NCBI GenBank assembly: GCA_013265495.1
Contig: MU063832.1
Location: 1,142,192 to 1,206,191 of the forward strand
Direction of reading: 5' to 3'
Origin: Vicugna vicugna
Lineage: Eukaryota
Length of the DNA: 64,000 nt
The notes below the pieces were generated by a model. It had not been told where the DNA came from and ran no database searches. It saw nothing but the letters and a program-made list of their open reading frames with translations. Position numbers and translations under genes: made by a program. Of the stretch, positions 35,880-47,600 are shown in pieces; position 1 is the first letter of the stretch, and each line of letters begins with the position of its first letter.

Positions 35880-35922
35880 GGGGCGGAGCGGGGCGGAGCG
35901 GGGCGGAGCGGGGCGGAGCGGG
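35880..35922 (+). repeat. (GGGGCGGAGC)n decamer tandem repeat = Sp/KLF GC-box array
   Basis: Four exact units plus GGG running into the gap; a fifth unit at 35836-35845. Confidence 0.9.
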
Positions 35923-36071
35923 NNNNNNNNNNNNNNNNNNNNNNNNNNNNNNNNNNNNNNNNNNNNNNNNNNNNNNNNNNNNNNNNNNNNNNNNNNNNNN
36001 NNNNNNNNNNNNNNNNNNNNNNNNNNNNNNNNNNNNNNNNNNNNNNNNNNNNNNNNNNNNNNNNNNNNNNN
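35923..36071. other. Assembly gap (149 N) over the probable JCAD TSS
   Basis: Run of N between two GC-rich repeats. Confidence 1.
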
Positions 36072-36091
36072 GCGGCGGCGGCGGCGGCGGC
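36072..36091 (+). repeat. (GCG/CGG)n trinucleotide repeat in the 5' UTR
   Basis: GCGGCGGCGGCGGCGGCGGC: at least 6 units, truncated on the left by the gap. Confidence 0.9.
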
Positions 36092-36117
36092 TCCGGGCAG
36101 CATGAGGGAGCCGATCG
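36072..36117 (+). other. JCAD: JCAD exon 1 (5' UTR), visible 3' part; 5' end lies in the N-gap 35923-36071
   Basis: Perfect donor CG|GTAAGT at 36117/36118 inside the CpG island, just downstream of the GC-box array and a (GCG)n run. Exon status is inferred from position and splice consensus. Confidence 0.75.
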
Positions 36118-39100
36118 GTAAGTCCCCGCGTCTCTCGCCGCTTCTGACTCCAACCGTCCACTTGGCCTCCTCCTACGGCGCTTCGTGGGCCTCGCCCCCA
36201 GCCTCTCCCGCTCGCCCCCCAACTTCTGCAGCCCGGACGTTGCTCGGATCCGCGCCCTTTTCAGCGTTGGGGGATGTCCGCATCCCGCCCGGAGACCCCG
36301 CGCGATCCCCAGCCCGGCAGCCTTGGGCGGGGGCGCACCTTTGCTGGGAGGGCGAGTCCCCGCCCTCAGGTGCCCAGCCCCGGGCGCGCGTTCCCGGGTC
36401 GGCGCCGAGGGCCGCTGCTGGCGTTGGCGCTCTCATAGTCCCTCGGCGCGGGGAGGGCCCAGAGGGCGGGGGTCGCTGTCCCCCTCTCGGCGTGCTGGCC
36501 ACAGCCCGGGGCCAGCCAGCCTCCTCCCTCGCTTGCGCGCCGCGACTTCGCGGATATCTCCACCCCAGGAACTGACAGCCGCTGCGCAGGGTCCCCGAGA
36601 TCCCCGGTTCCCACGGGTCGCCTCCTCTTCACCCTACCCCGCCCCCGGCAGCCGGGAGCTGCCCGCAGGACGTTGGGAGCTCGGGGCCGCGCCTCCGCCC
36701 GGCCCCGCCCAGCCCCGCGCGCCCACCCCGCGGCGGGTCAGCGCTGGGATTAGGGCGCTAATCGCCGCCCAGCCAGTGCCCGCGGCGGCCCGGCCCCCGG
36801 CTGCTTGCGGTTAAGCAAAAGAGAAAAAAAGGAAAAAAGGGTGGGAGAAAGGAAAGAGCCCCGCCTGCGAGCGCTGTAAATCTCGTTAATCAGCTGGTTT
36901 ATGGGATCTGGAGCCCGCCTGCCGGCCCGGGGTCTCCGCGCGCGCTCTCTGCGCCCCTCATCCCCAGTCGCCGTCAATTCACCCCGGAATGCCAGTGTTC
37001 TCCTAGATGCCCTGACCGCAGTGAGGCTCAGAGCTTACAGCTGAAAGCGCCGCTCTTGCTCCCTGACACTGGTAACAGCAGCCGAGCGCCTCGGATTCTT
37101 CTAGGGGGGTTGAAAAAGAAGCTGTGATTTCACTACTGAAGAAAAAAGGGAAAACGGGAACTTTATGCCAGCACAACCTGGTCATGCCCTGGTCCCTGCT
37201 CCTCCACGCTTTCTAGGAGCAGAGGACTTTGGGGAATTAGCTTAGGCAGGCCACTCCCCCTCCCCCAACACACACCCGCCGCTGCCACCCGCTCTCCCAC
37301 CCCCGGCATCCCCTGCCCCCACTGGAGATCTGGTTGCCTGGCCCGTTCTGGGGGAGAGGGTGGAGCTGTATGGACCACCCAACTAGGACATGTTCTCCTT
37401 TCTCTGGCTCTTTTGTCTTTTCAGATTAGAAAATAGATATCCCGGGGATTTGAGAGGAGGATTGGAAGACGGGAGGGGATTCTTAGGAGGGGAGTGGGTC
37501 AGGGATTCAGGCAGCCAGAAATGCTTTGACCGAAATTGCAGACTCAGTGCCCTGAGTGGGTGCAGGCTATGCAGGTAAAACTTCAGGGACATGTTGCCTT
37601 ACATCAGGCAGTTTTAGAATTTAAAATGACTGGATTAAGACCATCCAGCAAGAAAAGTGAGTGTAAATTTTTTTTTTGGAAATCATCCACAGATTCTATT
37701 TCTGGGAACTTGTGTTGGTTTTCACATGAAACTGGGAGTTTGGTCAATTCATTTGGTTTTCCATAATGTTCTATGGGTTTGGACTTTATATTTACCTTGA
37801 TGTTAGGTGTCTAATTCTTGGCCAACAGCTGAACAAGCTTCCTGAAGGGCCCTAAGTGTTGCTCAGGGCAGGCAGCACATAGCAAACTGTCTCACTCCCG
37901 CTGGAGTGGGTGAGCAAATATTTGTTGAACAGAGGCCTTAATCTGCTGTGCTTTCCTCCAGCCAAACTTCACCCTCTGCTGCAGAGATTGGAAGGTCAGG
38001 CCCTTGGCAGGCCCAGGAGATTTAGGGGGATTGGGTGGCTGGAAGAAGCCTGTGTGAGAAAAAAAAAAAAAAAGAATTTTTGTCTTTCCACCTCCTTGGA
38101 ACATAACTTAAAATGCCCGAGTGTCCACAATCAGAGTTATCTAATAACATCTGAGTACTCACAGATTCCAGCGGCATTTGGCTATAAAATTTTAGCTGAA
38201 AGAGGTAACTGGAGATTGGAGGTACACAAGGAGAATAAATGAGAGCCAGTTTTTCAGTTTAAAAAAAAAAGCAATTCTTCTGAAAAGATCCTGGGAATCT
38301 AATTTTTAAAATACAGTTTAAAAATCAGTCCTGGAAATGCTATCAGTAAAGAAAGCCCAGGAGTCTGTGGTTCCACCAAGTTCTCATGGTCCTAGCTGGA
38401 GAGCCCTGGAGTTTGGGAGGACAGTCGACACCAGCCACGCTGTAAGGGTCCAGAGTTTTCTCCCTTAATGAGCTTGGCCGGACTTCACGCTAATCAATCT
38501 AGAGAGAGTTTGGAACACAGAGCATTGGATTGAAACAATTGTTCTGTTGTGGTTTTTATTTTGATAAGCAAAGACTTTGTCTCTGAAATCCTCCGGGTCT
38601 ATTGCTGAACCCATTACTACAGTTGAATCATTTTTTTAGCAGATGGTTAGCAAAAGACTTTGCCATGGTGCTTTGTTTCAAGGGCCAGCTGACTTAAGGA
38701 ATGCCAGGGGACACCCACTTGCTAAGGCCAGCGGCCCAGAGCGGGCTGTATCAGTCTCCAATCCTCTGATATATTTTTTAAACTCTACTTGTCATTTAAA
38801 AAATACAGGAACCACCTTGGTGTTAAAGCTTCATTATCTTAGTTTGAATTTGTGATATCTTGTTTAAAATTTGGCTCGTTACCTTTACTTTCTTTAACTA
38901 AATATATTTTCTGAAAACTTTCTGTAGGTAATATAGTTAGGAACAGCCTGGCCAAACTGGCAAAGACTTACTATCAGGCCACTGAATATCCTTGTAGTTT
39001 GCTGCTTTTTGGTTCTCTCTCTCGAGCTTGGGTATTAAGCTTGTTTCTTCTGTGTGTAAATGCAAGAATTCAGGTACTATTATGAAGGCACACCAAGATA

Positions 39101-39421
39101 TATTTCAAAGAGGGGGATAAAAGGAGAGAGAAAGCAACTGTATGTATAGGATGACTAGTTGGGGAAATAGAAACCAGATGGTTATCTCGACACAGTGGGA
39201 TTATTTGGAACTTTTACTTTTTACTTAAACAGTGAATTTTTCAGTGCTTAATTCTAGAATAACTTTATATATAGACTTTCCTAATTAGAAAATAATGTAA
39301 GAATTATGTGAAATAATTTAAACTTTACCATTTTTGTAAAACTTTGGCTTTCTTATTCTAAAGACATTTAAAAACAAAGCTAATGTGTTGTAAGTTCAAG
39401 AGACAATTTTAGGAATCTTTA

Positions 39422-39518
39422 TATGTGGAGCTTGACATATATGATGATAGTGGAGTTTAATTCTAACCTGTATGTGGAATTTGACCCACGTGGTGATAGT
39501 GGAATTTAATTCTAACCT
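39422..39518. repeat. Diverged 2-copy tandem repeat, period 49 bp
   Basis: TATGTGGA..TTGAC....GATAGTGGA.TTTAATTCTAACCT at 39422-39469 and 39471-39518. Confidence 0.85.
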
Positions 39519-40839
39519 ATTAAAAGTTTTATAGTTGTTTTTGCAAATAGCCAAAAATCTTATCCGATGTCAGTCCTTTTCTCAGTGACCGCTAATCTTT
39601 CAGAAACATTAATGAGGTACTTAGGGTCTCATAAAAATGGGTGGGCTCTCCAGAGTAATCCTTGTGTGACAGAATTTAGAAGTGAGAGAGAAGACAGGAA
39701 AGTGTGTGTGAGTGTGACTGTGTTCATGCAAGTTGTGGGGTAAAGGACAGAAGAGAGAAATTAGAAGAAAAAATACTTATGAAAGAAGTTAAGTCCATAA
39801 TATTTGCTCCTTTATTTTCTACTCTTTTTTAATCAGTGCCTTAACACCAACCCAACCCAGCAAGGTGAGCATTCCTGAAGCCTTTTGATCTTAGACCCAA
39901 GTTTTCCATCTCAGGGTTTTTTGTTTGTTGGTTGGTTGGTTTTTTGGTCACCTTAAAGAAACTTAACTCAGTGAATCAGTCTGCTTTTCTGTCTTAGGAA
40001 GTTTTAACCACTTGAGGGCCCTGACGGAGCTGGTCATTGCTCTGTGGTGTGGTAACGACAGTGTGAGCACTTACTGTACCAGAATTCAGACTGGAAGTGT
40101 TGAGCTCTTTCATTATTAAGACTGCGAAGGGAAATAGCAACCCTTTTGCTCATAATAAAATACATGGTTCTGCCATCAAAAAAAAAGCTGGAGAAAGCAT
40201 TAAAAGTCTGTGCAAGTTAGCAAAGTGCTCCAATCTGGTTTGTTTTGTGTCTTGGCTATTTACCTCTTGTTTAAAAAAAGTATTTTGTTATATATTAATC
40301 ATAACATTAGAGCGAGACATTGTCAGCTGAAGAAATATTTACAGTCAACTGCCAACAATTTGAGGGACTAAATACATCTTAAGTACGGAATGTCAGCGAG
40401 TATAACTGAGAAGTTTAGGTTTTCTAGACGAGTACCAATGTCTCATCAAGACCTTTAGAATGCTGCTTGTAATCTTATATTCAGTTTTGTCAGCAGAACA
40501 TGTGGTTTTCAACCTAGTAGAGGCTGGTCAAATATCTCTGTAGCAGGGAAGACACACGTAGCATGTGCTAGACCCTTCGAACCTGATGTAATTTACTATT
40601 CATTTGTTCTTTTCTTCTGTGTCTTATTCTCGTCGAGTCTTCCAAATAAGTGATACGTTTTTGAAGATACATTTTCCTGATCCTACCTAAGCAATTTTTT
40701 GTTTTTAAGGTTTTATCCCCTGATGAGGAAAAGATACTAAGCTAAAGAACAAGAAAGTACCAATATCTGACCATTTTTTACCTGCAAAATAGCAACTTCG
40801 TGTGGTTCAATCTAGTATATTTCATGACAGAACATCATA

Positions 40840-41600
40840 AAATACAGCAAAGTAAAAATAAGGACATTTAAAGAAAAAGTCAGAACCCAATGCCACTGTT
40901 GATATTCTGGTATGTTTCCTTTTGGAGTTTCTCTCGGCTCTGTGTGTGTGTGTGTATGTAAATGAAATTGGTCTTATATACACTACATCTAGGCTTTGTA
41001 TCCTGTCTCTATTACTCAACATGGTACCATGAGCATTTTCTTCTGTACCATGATATATCTGAAAACACAAAATAAAAAAAAAGAAATATATATCTGAAAA
41101 CATAATTGGATACACGTGTGTGCACATTTTAGCCTACCACGTGGATACCCCAGGATTTTTTTAACCATCCCTTAAATGAACATTTAGCCTAGCTTTTTTC
41201 TCTATTATCATAATTAAAACTTGGATACGTATCCTTATGTAAAACTCTGTGTGTATCTCTGATTATTTCATGAGGATGAATCCCAAGAAGTGAGATTATT
41301 AGTCCACAAGTTTTCAGATTTTTAAAGATCTTATAATATTAATCACTTTTAAGAAAGGAAGTAGCCATTTACCTACAGACCCCCCCCCATATTCATATAC
41401 CCACAAACAGGAGAACCTTTGTAGCTCACTCACCAGGCCCTCACCAACAGCAGATACTGCTTTCTAGAAGCTTTAATAATTTTGGGGGTGAATAATGGCA
41501 TTTTGGGTTAATTTACATGTCCTGGATCACAGGTGGGGGTGAACATTTGTTTCGTATTTTCAGTTGGGTGTTTGTCTCTTTCCTTTATTAGCTTTCATGA
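40840..41600 (-). mobile_element. Ancient L1ME-like 3' fragment
   Basis: Degenerate motifs (CATGAGCATTTTCTTC, GAACATTTAG, GGATGAATCCCAAGAAGTGAGATT, GGTGAACATTTGTTTC); boundaries approximate. Confidence 0.5.
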
Positions 41601-43499
41601 TTTGGGCACACATTAAAAAGGAAGACAAGTTCCGGTTGGTTAAATGGGTTTATTAATATTTTGTTTCATTTCACTGTCTTGGGGAGCCTGGTAACTGTAA
41701 ATATGAGAATATTTTTATAAATGGAAAAGGAGGAGGCTGTGGCACCTGTTCATTAACATTCGTGGGCAAGTCTCAACCTCTACTATTGAGGATGCCCATG
41801 ACTGAAGTGACCGCCTAGACGACACCATCCTCAGGGGCGGGTGTTGATGGCGTTCCTGTGTCTTTATGTCCCCAGAGTCAGTGGGCGGCGCCTGCGCTCT
41901 GGGGCTCCTGGGAGGGACAGCTGCTGGATGGTCTCCCTGGCCTGACCCGCCCCCTCCTCCCCCTCCACGCAGTGCGTGGCTCTTCAGCTCTGCTCCCTTG
42001 GTTGGCCTTGTATGGCTGCTATTAACGAGGCCAAGGTCAGAGGGTCCGTCTTCACATGACCCAGTTAGCTGTGTTCTGTGGCACACGGCCACAAGCTGTG
42101 TTCTCCTCACTGGGGCCAGCTGACTAGGAAGTGCGTGCTGTTGGTCACCGGGGAGAGCAGGTGAGGGAGAGGGGCGATTTCTAGAGCGAGAAGGAACCTG
42201 ACGAACCTCCAGCTCAGCCTTCACATTTTGCTGTTTCCGGGGAAGACTGAGACCCATGGATTCTCCCCTTTTCTCTCAGGCATTGTCTCAGCCTCAGTCC
42301 CACACAGCCGATGTGTATTGAGCGATGAGGGGAAACAGAAATCATCCCTAGGGGGAGGGGGTGGGGTGGACCACTCACTCCACGCTCAGATCCTAATGGA
42401 TTCTTGGTGCTTTCCTAACTTTATCGGCCCTGTGTCCTGAATGCAAAGGACACAGCTAATATTTAAAGAATTTAGAAGTCTCCCACACAGAAAGATGACT
42501 TTATGTAGTTTCACTCAGGTTCTTTGGAAACGACAAAAATTCTGATGAAAATCCATTTGAAACTGATTTGGGCACAAGAAACGTTTGCAGGAATAAGCTA
42601 GTTAAATCAAAATCAAATTACCTGTCACCTTCAGCCAAGAGTTATTTCCAATCTCTGTGTTTCTCATAATGAAAGGACCAGCACCTTAGTCACCAAGACT
42701 GAGATTCACTGGACCTCTTCCCTTGAAAATGGCTCTTGATCCCTTTGTTTTTCTTATCCCCCCTGCTGCCACCCCTCCGCATTACAGTGGAGGGGACTTG
42801 TGACTGCTTGTCCACATCTGTCCTTGTTCTAACCACATCAGTCCCCCTCTTTCCCGATTCACCGTCAAAACGTATCTCCTCTGCCTGCCCAGACCCTTCT
42901 GTGGTTTCACATTGTTTGCTCAGTTAAGTCCAGACTCTTATCATGTTGCAGATAGAAGTGGCTATTTCTATATAGATCTTTTTTTTTCTTTTAGAATTTA
43001 GTTTTTTTTTTCCTGAAAGTAACTCAATCCTCTTCCATTTCTCATAGATGTAGTGTGTCTGCTTTTCAAGGTTTTATGATAACTCCAGGTCACTGACCAA
43101 GAGCCTGAAACCCAAAATGATTGATGAGGTCTGCTGAAGGTCACAAAGCACCTCGTGCTGTATCTGGGAATGAATCCTATTACCGAGTATTTAGGAATCA
43201 ATGCTAGTATTGCTAGACAGTCAAGCGAGGCATCAGCCATCGTGTGGGAGTGCGCATGTGTGCACACGTGCGTGCATGAAGTATGTGTGTGCTTAGTGGG
43301 TACCAGGAAAGAAACACCTAGAAGTGCCATCCTAATCCCAGAGAATAAAGGAGAATTTTTTTCCTTTTAAATATGCAGTTTAAAATTTTTATGCCACTAT
43401 GGCTTCTGTCTTTTTCGGTTTATATTTATGCATTATTTAGTAGATTAGGAAACTTTCATTACTATTAAGGAAATATGGAGCCTAAAATAGTAGCCAGCT

Positions 43500-43690
43500 G
43501 GACAGACCCTGTTTTGACCCTGGGGTCTGCACTTATGAGCTGTGTGACCTCAGACTCTCAGCCTCGGTTTTTCTCATCTGTAAAATGGAGACATTTGCAT
43601 CTACAGCAGGAAGTTTACTGGGAATGGGAAAGGAAGTAAGATGTGCCAAGCAACTAACAGAGTAGCTGGCACATGGCAGGTGCTCAGTGG
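43500..43690 (+). mobile_element. MIR SINE
   Basis: GCTGTGTGACCTCAGACTCTCAGCCTCGGTTTTTCTCATCTGTAAAATGGAGA...GGCACATGGCAGGTGCTCAGT. Confidence 0.8.
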
Positions 43691-44497
43691 ATGGATGGTT
43701 GATGCAATTATCTTTTCCTGTGCTGCTTCTCTGAGCTTCTGCTTTGTTTGAAGAGTTTATTGGGGCGGCCAGCGTGGCTGGAGGATAAATTAACCACGAA
43801 TTGAAAGACATTCTTGGTGAATTTGTTATGCATCTGCTGGAGAGTATTTGAGCGTTTCACCACCTACCACAAGTATCCTCAAGGGGAAAAAAGTCGTAGC
43901 ATAGAAACCTAGCAATGTCATGAGCCTGTCAAAAGGCCCAGCCTGTGAAGCCCGACTCTTCAGCCCTGCTATTCCTCCAGCCCTGCCCCCTTCAACTCCG
44001 CTGGATTAGAGCCTGCATGCTATCAGCTTTTCTCTTGGGGTCTCATCTCATGAATTTAATTTAATTTAGACCAGTCCTGTGGAGGTGAACAAGAGAATAG
44101 TGGGTTGAACCCAGACTTCTTACCCAGCTCAGTGTTACCTTTTGTCTTCCCTCACCGTTTCTTTGGTCATATTATGAGTTTTTATACTCGTGAGTATGCA
44201 GTTTTCATAACAGAACAGAGGGTAAACCCCAGAAGTTTGCATTTAGCCTCACCGTTTTTTGGTGTGTTACGAATCCAGTTTTTCCCCTTTCTGTGTGCTG
44301 CCCGACAAGTTTGCTTTCATCACACGGTTTGTTTTGCTGCAGCCTGGTGAGAAGATGTCTGAGCCTAGGTGACTAGGTTGAGCCCGGATTTCTCTCTGGT
44401 TAAATCGAGCAACATCACAAAGTCCAGTAGAAATGACTATCCCGACACCCTAATGGCTCCTGGAGGCCATGTACTTTTCTTTGGAATAAGTGGCAGA

Positions 44498-44610
44498 TAT
44501 ATTTTACAGATTGGAAAACTGAGGCTTGGGAGTTAAGTCACTTGGTAAAGGCCAGCGACCAAGTGGAAGCCAGGCTGGAAAGCCAGGCCCTTCTGTCCTG
44601 AAAGTCCACG
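44498..44610 (-). mobile_element. MIR SINE fragment
   Basis: ATTTTACAGATTGGAAAACTGAGGCTTGGGAGTTAAGTCACTTG. Confidence 0.75.
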
Positions 44611-47489
44611 TTCTCGTCTTACTACTGTGCTCCTGGTCCCTCTCTGTCGGGGTGGGTGGGGGTGACAGGGTAGAAGGTCTGCAGCCGCTCCCACCTGTGA
44701 TGAGAAGAAACAGCTGAGCACACGCTGCCCAGGGAAGGAGCCCCGCCAGGACACGGGTCCCTTTTACGAGACTGTCACGTTTTTATTGGGGAAGGTAGAA
44801 TTTTTAAAGAGCTTTATAAATTTTGTCTTTGGAGTGCTGGACTTACTCTGTGGGTTAGAAAATAGTAGGAAAAGATGAAAAGAGCCATAGTGAACCCAAA
44901 AGAAACAAAAACTCCGCCAGGAATGGCTCTCCCAAGCAGCAGCACCGCAGACCCGGTTCATTTTGAAGGTTCTTTGGCGCCCCTGTCCCTCTTTGCTTCT
45001 GAGATGCCAGCTTTATCTGTCAACCAGTGAAGCGGTGTGCCGAGGCCTCGGGTGTCAGGCCCCAGGTAGATCGGGGGCAGGGTGAGGAAGGAAGCAGAAG
45101 ACAGGACTTTCCCTTAGGAAGGTTTCTTCCTTTTCATCTTGTGCCCTGAGGAATAGGAAAGTAGCTTCACTTAGTTGCCATGACTTTTCTTGGAAAGGAG
45201 ATTTTTGATAGTCTAGAAGAGCCGCATTGCTGTTGAGAACACAGCAAGGAACTTGTCAGACGAAGCAATTTCTCATCGATTGATGGGCTCTTTGAACTTG
45301 ACAGAATTCTCAGGGGCCATCTAGTCTGGCATCCAGACCGGCACAGGATGGACTTCTTCATTGTGCCAGGCTGCGGTTGGTGACCGATGAGGGCGACATG
45401 ACGTTTAGGGGGGTGGCGACCAGCATTTTTAAAAAGTGAAATCGAATAGAAAATATTGCAGCACCTGTCAGGTTGTGAGAGTAATTATTTTTCCCTTCAA
45501 GTTTTGATTGATGTGTGCACACATCCTCAGTGGGTTCCTGGAAAAGCAACAGAGCTTCTAAACCCGTTGCCTCGACCCCTGCTTAAGACTCTCCTAGCGA
45601 GGACATCTCCCAGCGTCTCCCTCTGGGAGGGACTGTTCTGTTAACATGTATGTTCGTATTTTAAATGTCTCCTTTGCATACTGGTATTTAGATATCCGCA
45701 GAATGAAAAAAGATCCTGAAAGTGGGCTCGTTTGTGTCCTGGACTTCCAGCAGCCGGGGCTACAAGTCCCTTCCTCCCTGGGGTTGCACCTGGTGCCGAT
45801 ACGGACTTGACCACTTTCACTAGATGTTCCACTGGATTGGATACAAGACAATGAGCAAAGTGGCGAGGGAAAAAATTCATACGTGAACTGGCTGGAAAAT
45901 CATACCTGCAGGGTGATCGCACAGTGCCGCTCCACCCAGAGGGAGAGGATCTGTTTGGCTTAGAAGCAGTTTTCCAGAGGCCTTCCTGACCCCTTGAGAC
46001 TGGGTTCGTGTCCCATCTGCATCCTCCTGTCCTCATCCCGGTCGCAGGGCCGTGACACTCTGGAGAAGTGGAAGGCTGCCGTCACTAATAGACGCGTGGG
46101 CTATGTTTCAGTGACCTGGTTTCTAGCTGTCGCTACAGCAAGCCAGTAAGATTCTCAAGAGCGAAGAATGTGCCTTATTCATTATTAGAGTTTCAGTGCC
46201 AGGTGCATCAGAGGCACCCAGGCATCGTGTTTTGATGTAAGTAACATGCACTGTTGGAAGTGACTTGGGTGGTAACTGAGGTGGCCATTCATGAAAGACA
46301 GGTATCTGGGTGATACAAAGCGTGTATGACTTTGGAAATAGAGAGTTACATCCCAAATGACACAGAAGAAGTTAGGACGTGGTCTAATGGTCACGGTGAA
46401 TAACTAATATGAAAGCTTTTCTTGAGGGCAGGTAACCCCTCAAAGACAGAGTAGCACAGTAAACCCATGGGCGTACATTTGTGGGGCTACTAGTGCTTTT
46501 ACGTGTGCTTGTTTGGCCCTCAGCACTGTCTGATGAGACAGGAATATAGTGGCGTTGCCATTTTGCAGATCAGAAAACTGAGGCTTGGTGCCGGGACTAA
46601 AAGGACGACGCATGATATCGTGCTGTTTTACGCAGAGGCGCCCTTGAACAACGTGGGTTTTAACTGTGCGGGGCCGTTCAGTCCAATCCAAAGGGCTAGA
46701 AAAACCGTGTGGCTATTGAGGACTCTGTGGGAGAGGAGAGGTGATGTTTAGCCTCGGTGTGGAGTGAGGGAGAAGCCCAGGCTCTGAGCTGGGGTCGAGG
46801 AGGCCAGGAGTCTAAGTCTGCTGGAGAAGGGTCCTCCGGGGGTCAGACAATGGCTGGGAACCCCTCTGGGTTGTGGGGCCCGTGGGGCTCCCCTTGCTTC
46901 CCTCAGGGCTGCTCGGCCCATGTGTTGAAGCTTGAGGCTGGTGTCCTTTCTCCTGCTCCCCACAAGTTGCTGGCCCCTGAGAGACCAGACGAGTTAGGAG
47001 CTCCCCCAAGTCAGTGCGCCTCGGACCTCAGACCTATGACGTCAAGTTACAGCACTTACGAGTTTGAATCTTTTTTGAAAGTTGTTTATGGCTTGGCCTG
47101 ATTGTCATGCCACTTAAGAGTTCGCTGAATCTGCCCCCACCCAGACGTAGCCATAGCCGGCTGACTTTCCTAGCCCCACGGGAGATGACTCCTGTGTTTT
47201 TCTTGAAGGTCATCGCTGCTTACCACCCTACAGTGGCCCCTGCGGTGGACACCGGCCTGCTCCTCTGCATATTAGGTGGCCAGCTGGGTGCAGTGCACTT
47301 TGCTTGGTTTTTAAAGAGCCTGATGTGGAAGCAGAGGGAAACTCAGTGTCCTCAACCTAAACTCTAACTTTAACTGCGGTGCTGACCAGATGTGTGACAT
47401 TGAGCCAGAGAGTCTGGGGACCCTGGTCCAGGTTACCAGGGATCCACTGCTGTGTCATTTCTCTACTTCTGGGATAAACGGTGCCCCAC

Positions 47490-47600
47490 ATCTATTTTCC
47501 AGTTCCCCTTCTCATCCACATGCGCATGTAGTTTATGCAGTGAACTCCTAATCATCCTTCAAAACCTAGCCCAAATGTCCCTTTCTCCCACATCCAGTTA
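47490..47600 (+). mobile_element. L2 fragment
   Basis: AACTCCTAATCATCCTTCAAAACCTAGCCCAAATGTCCC resembles L2 (ACTCCTACTCATCCTTCAAGACTCAGCTCAAATGTCAC). Confidence 0.6.

Larger units (their letters stand above)
35740..37090 (+). promoter_or_regulatory. JCAD: CpG island / TATA-less GC-rich JCAD promoter extending into intron 1
   Basis: Very high GC and CpG density by eye, many GGGCGG boxes, and it contains exon 1. Confidence 0.9.

Noticed and set aside
35880-35922. CRISPR-like array
   Set aside because: Head-to-tail decamers with no spacers, no cas genes, eukaryotic DNA.
35492-36814. Long ORFs on both strands (171-273 aa) over the CpG island
   Set aside because: Stop-poor GC-rich sequence, several span Ns, low-complexity R/P/A/G products, no recognisable domain.
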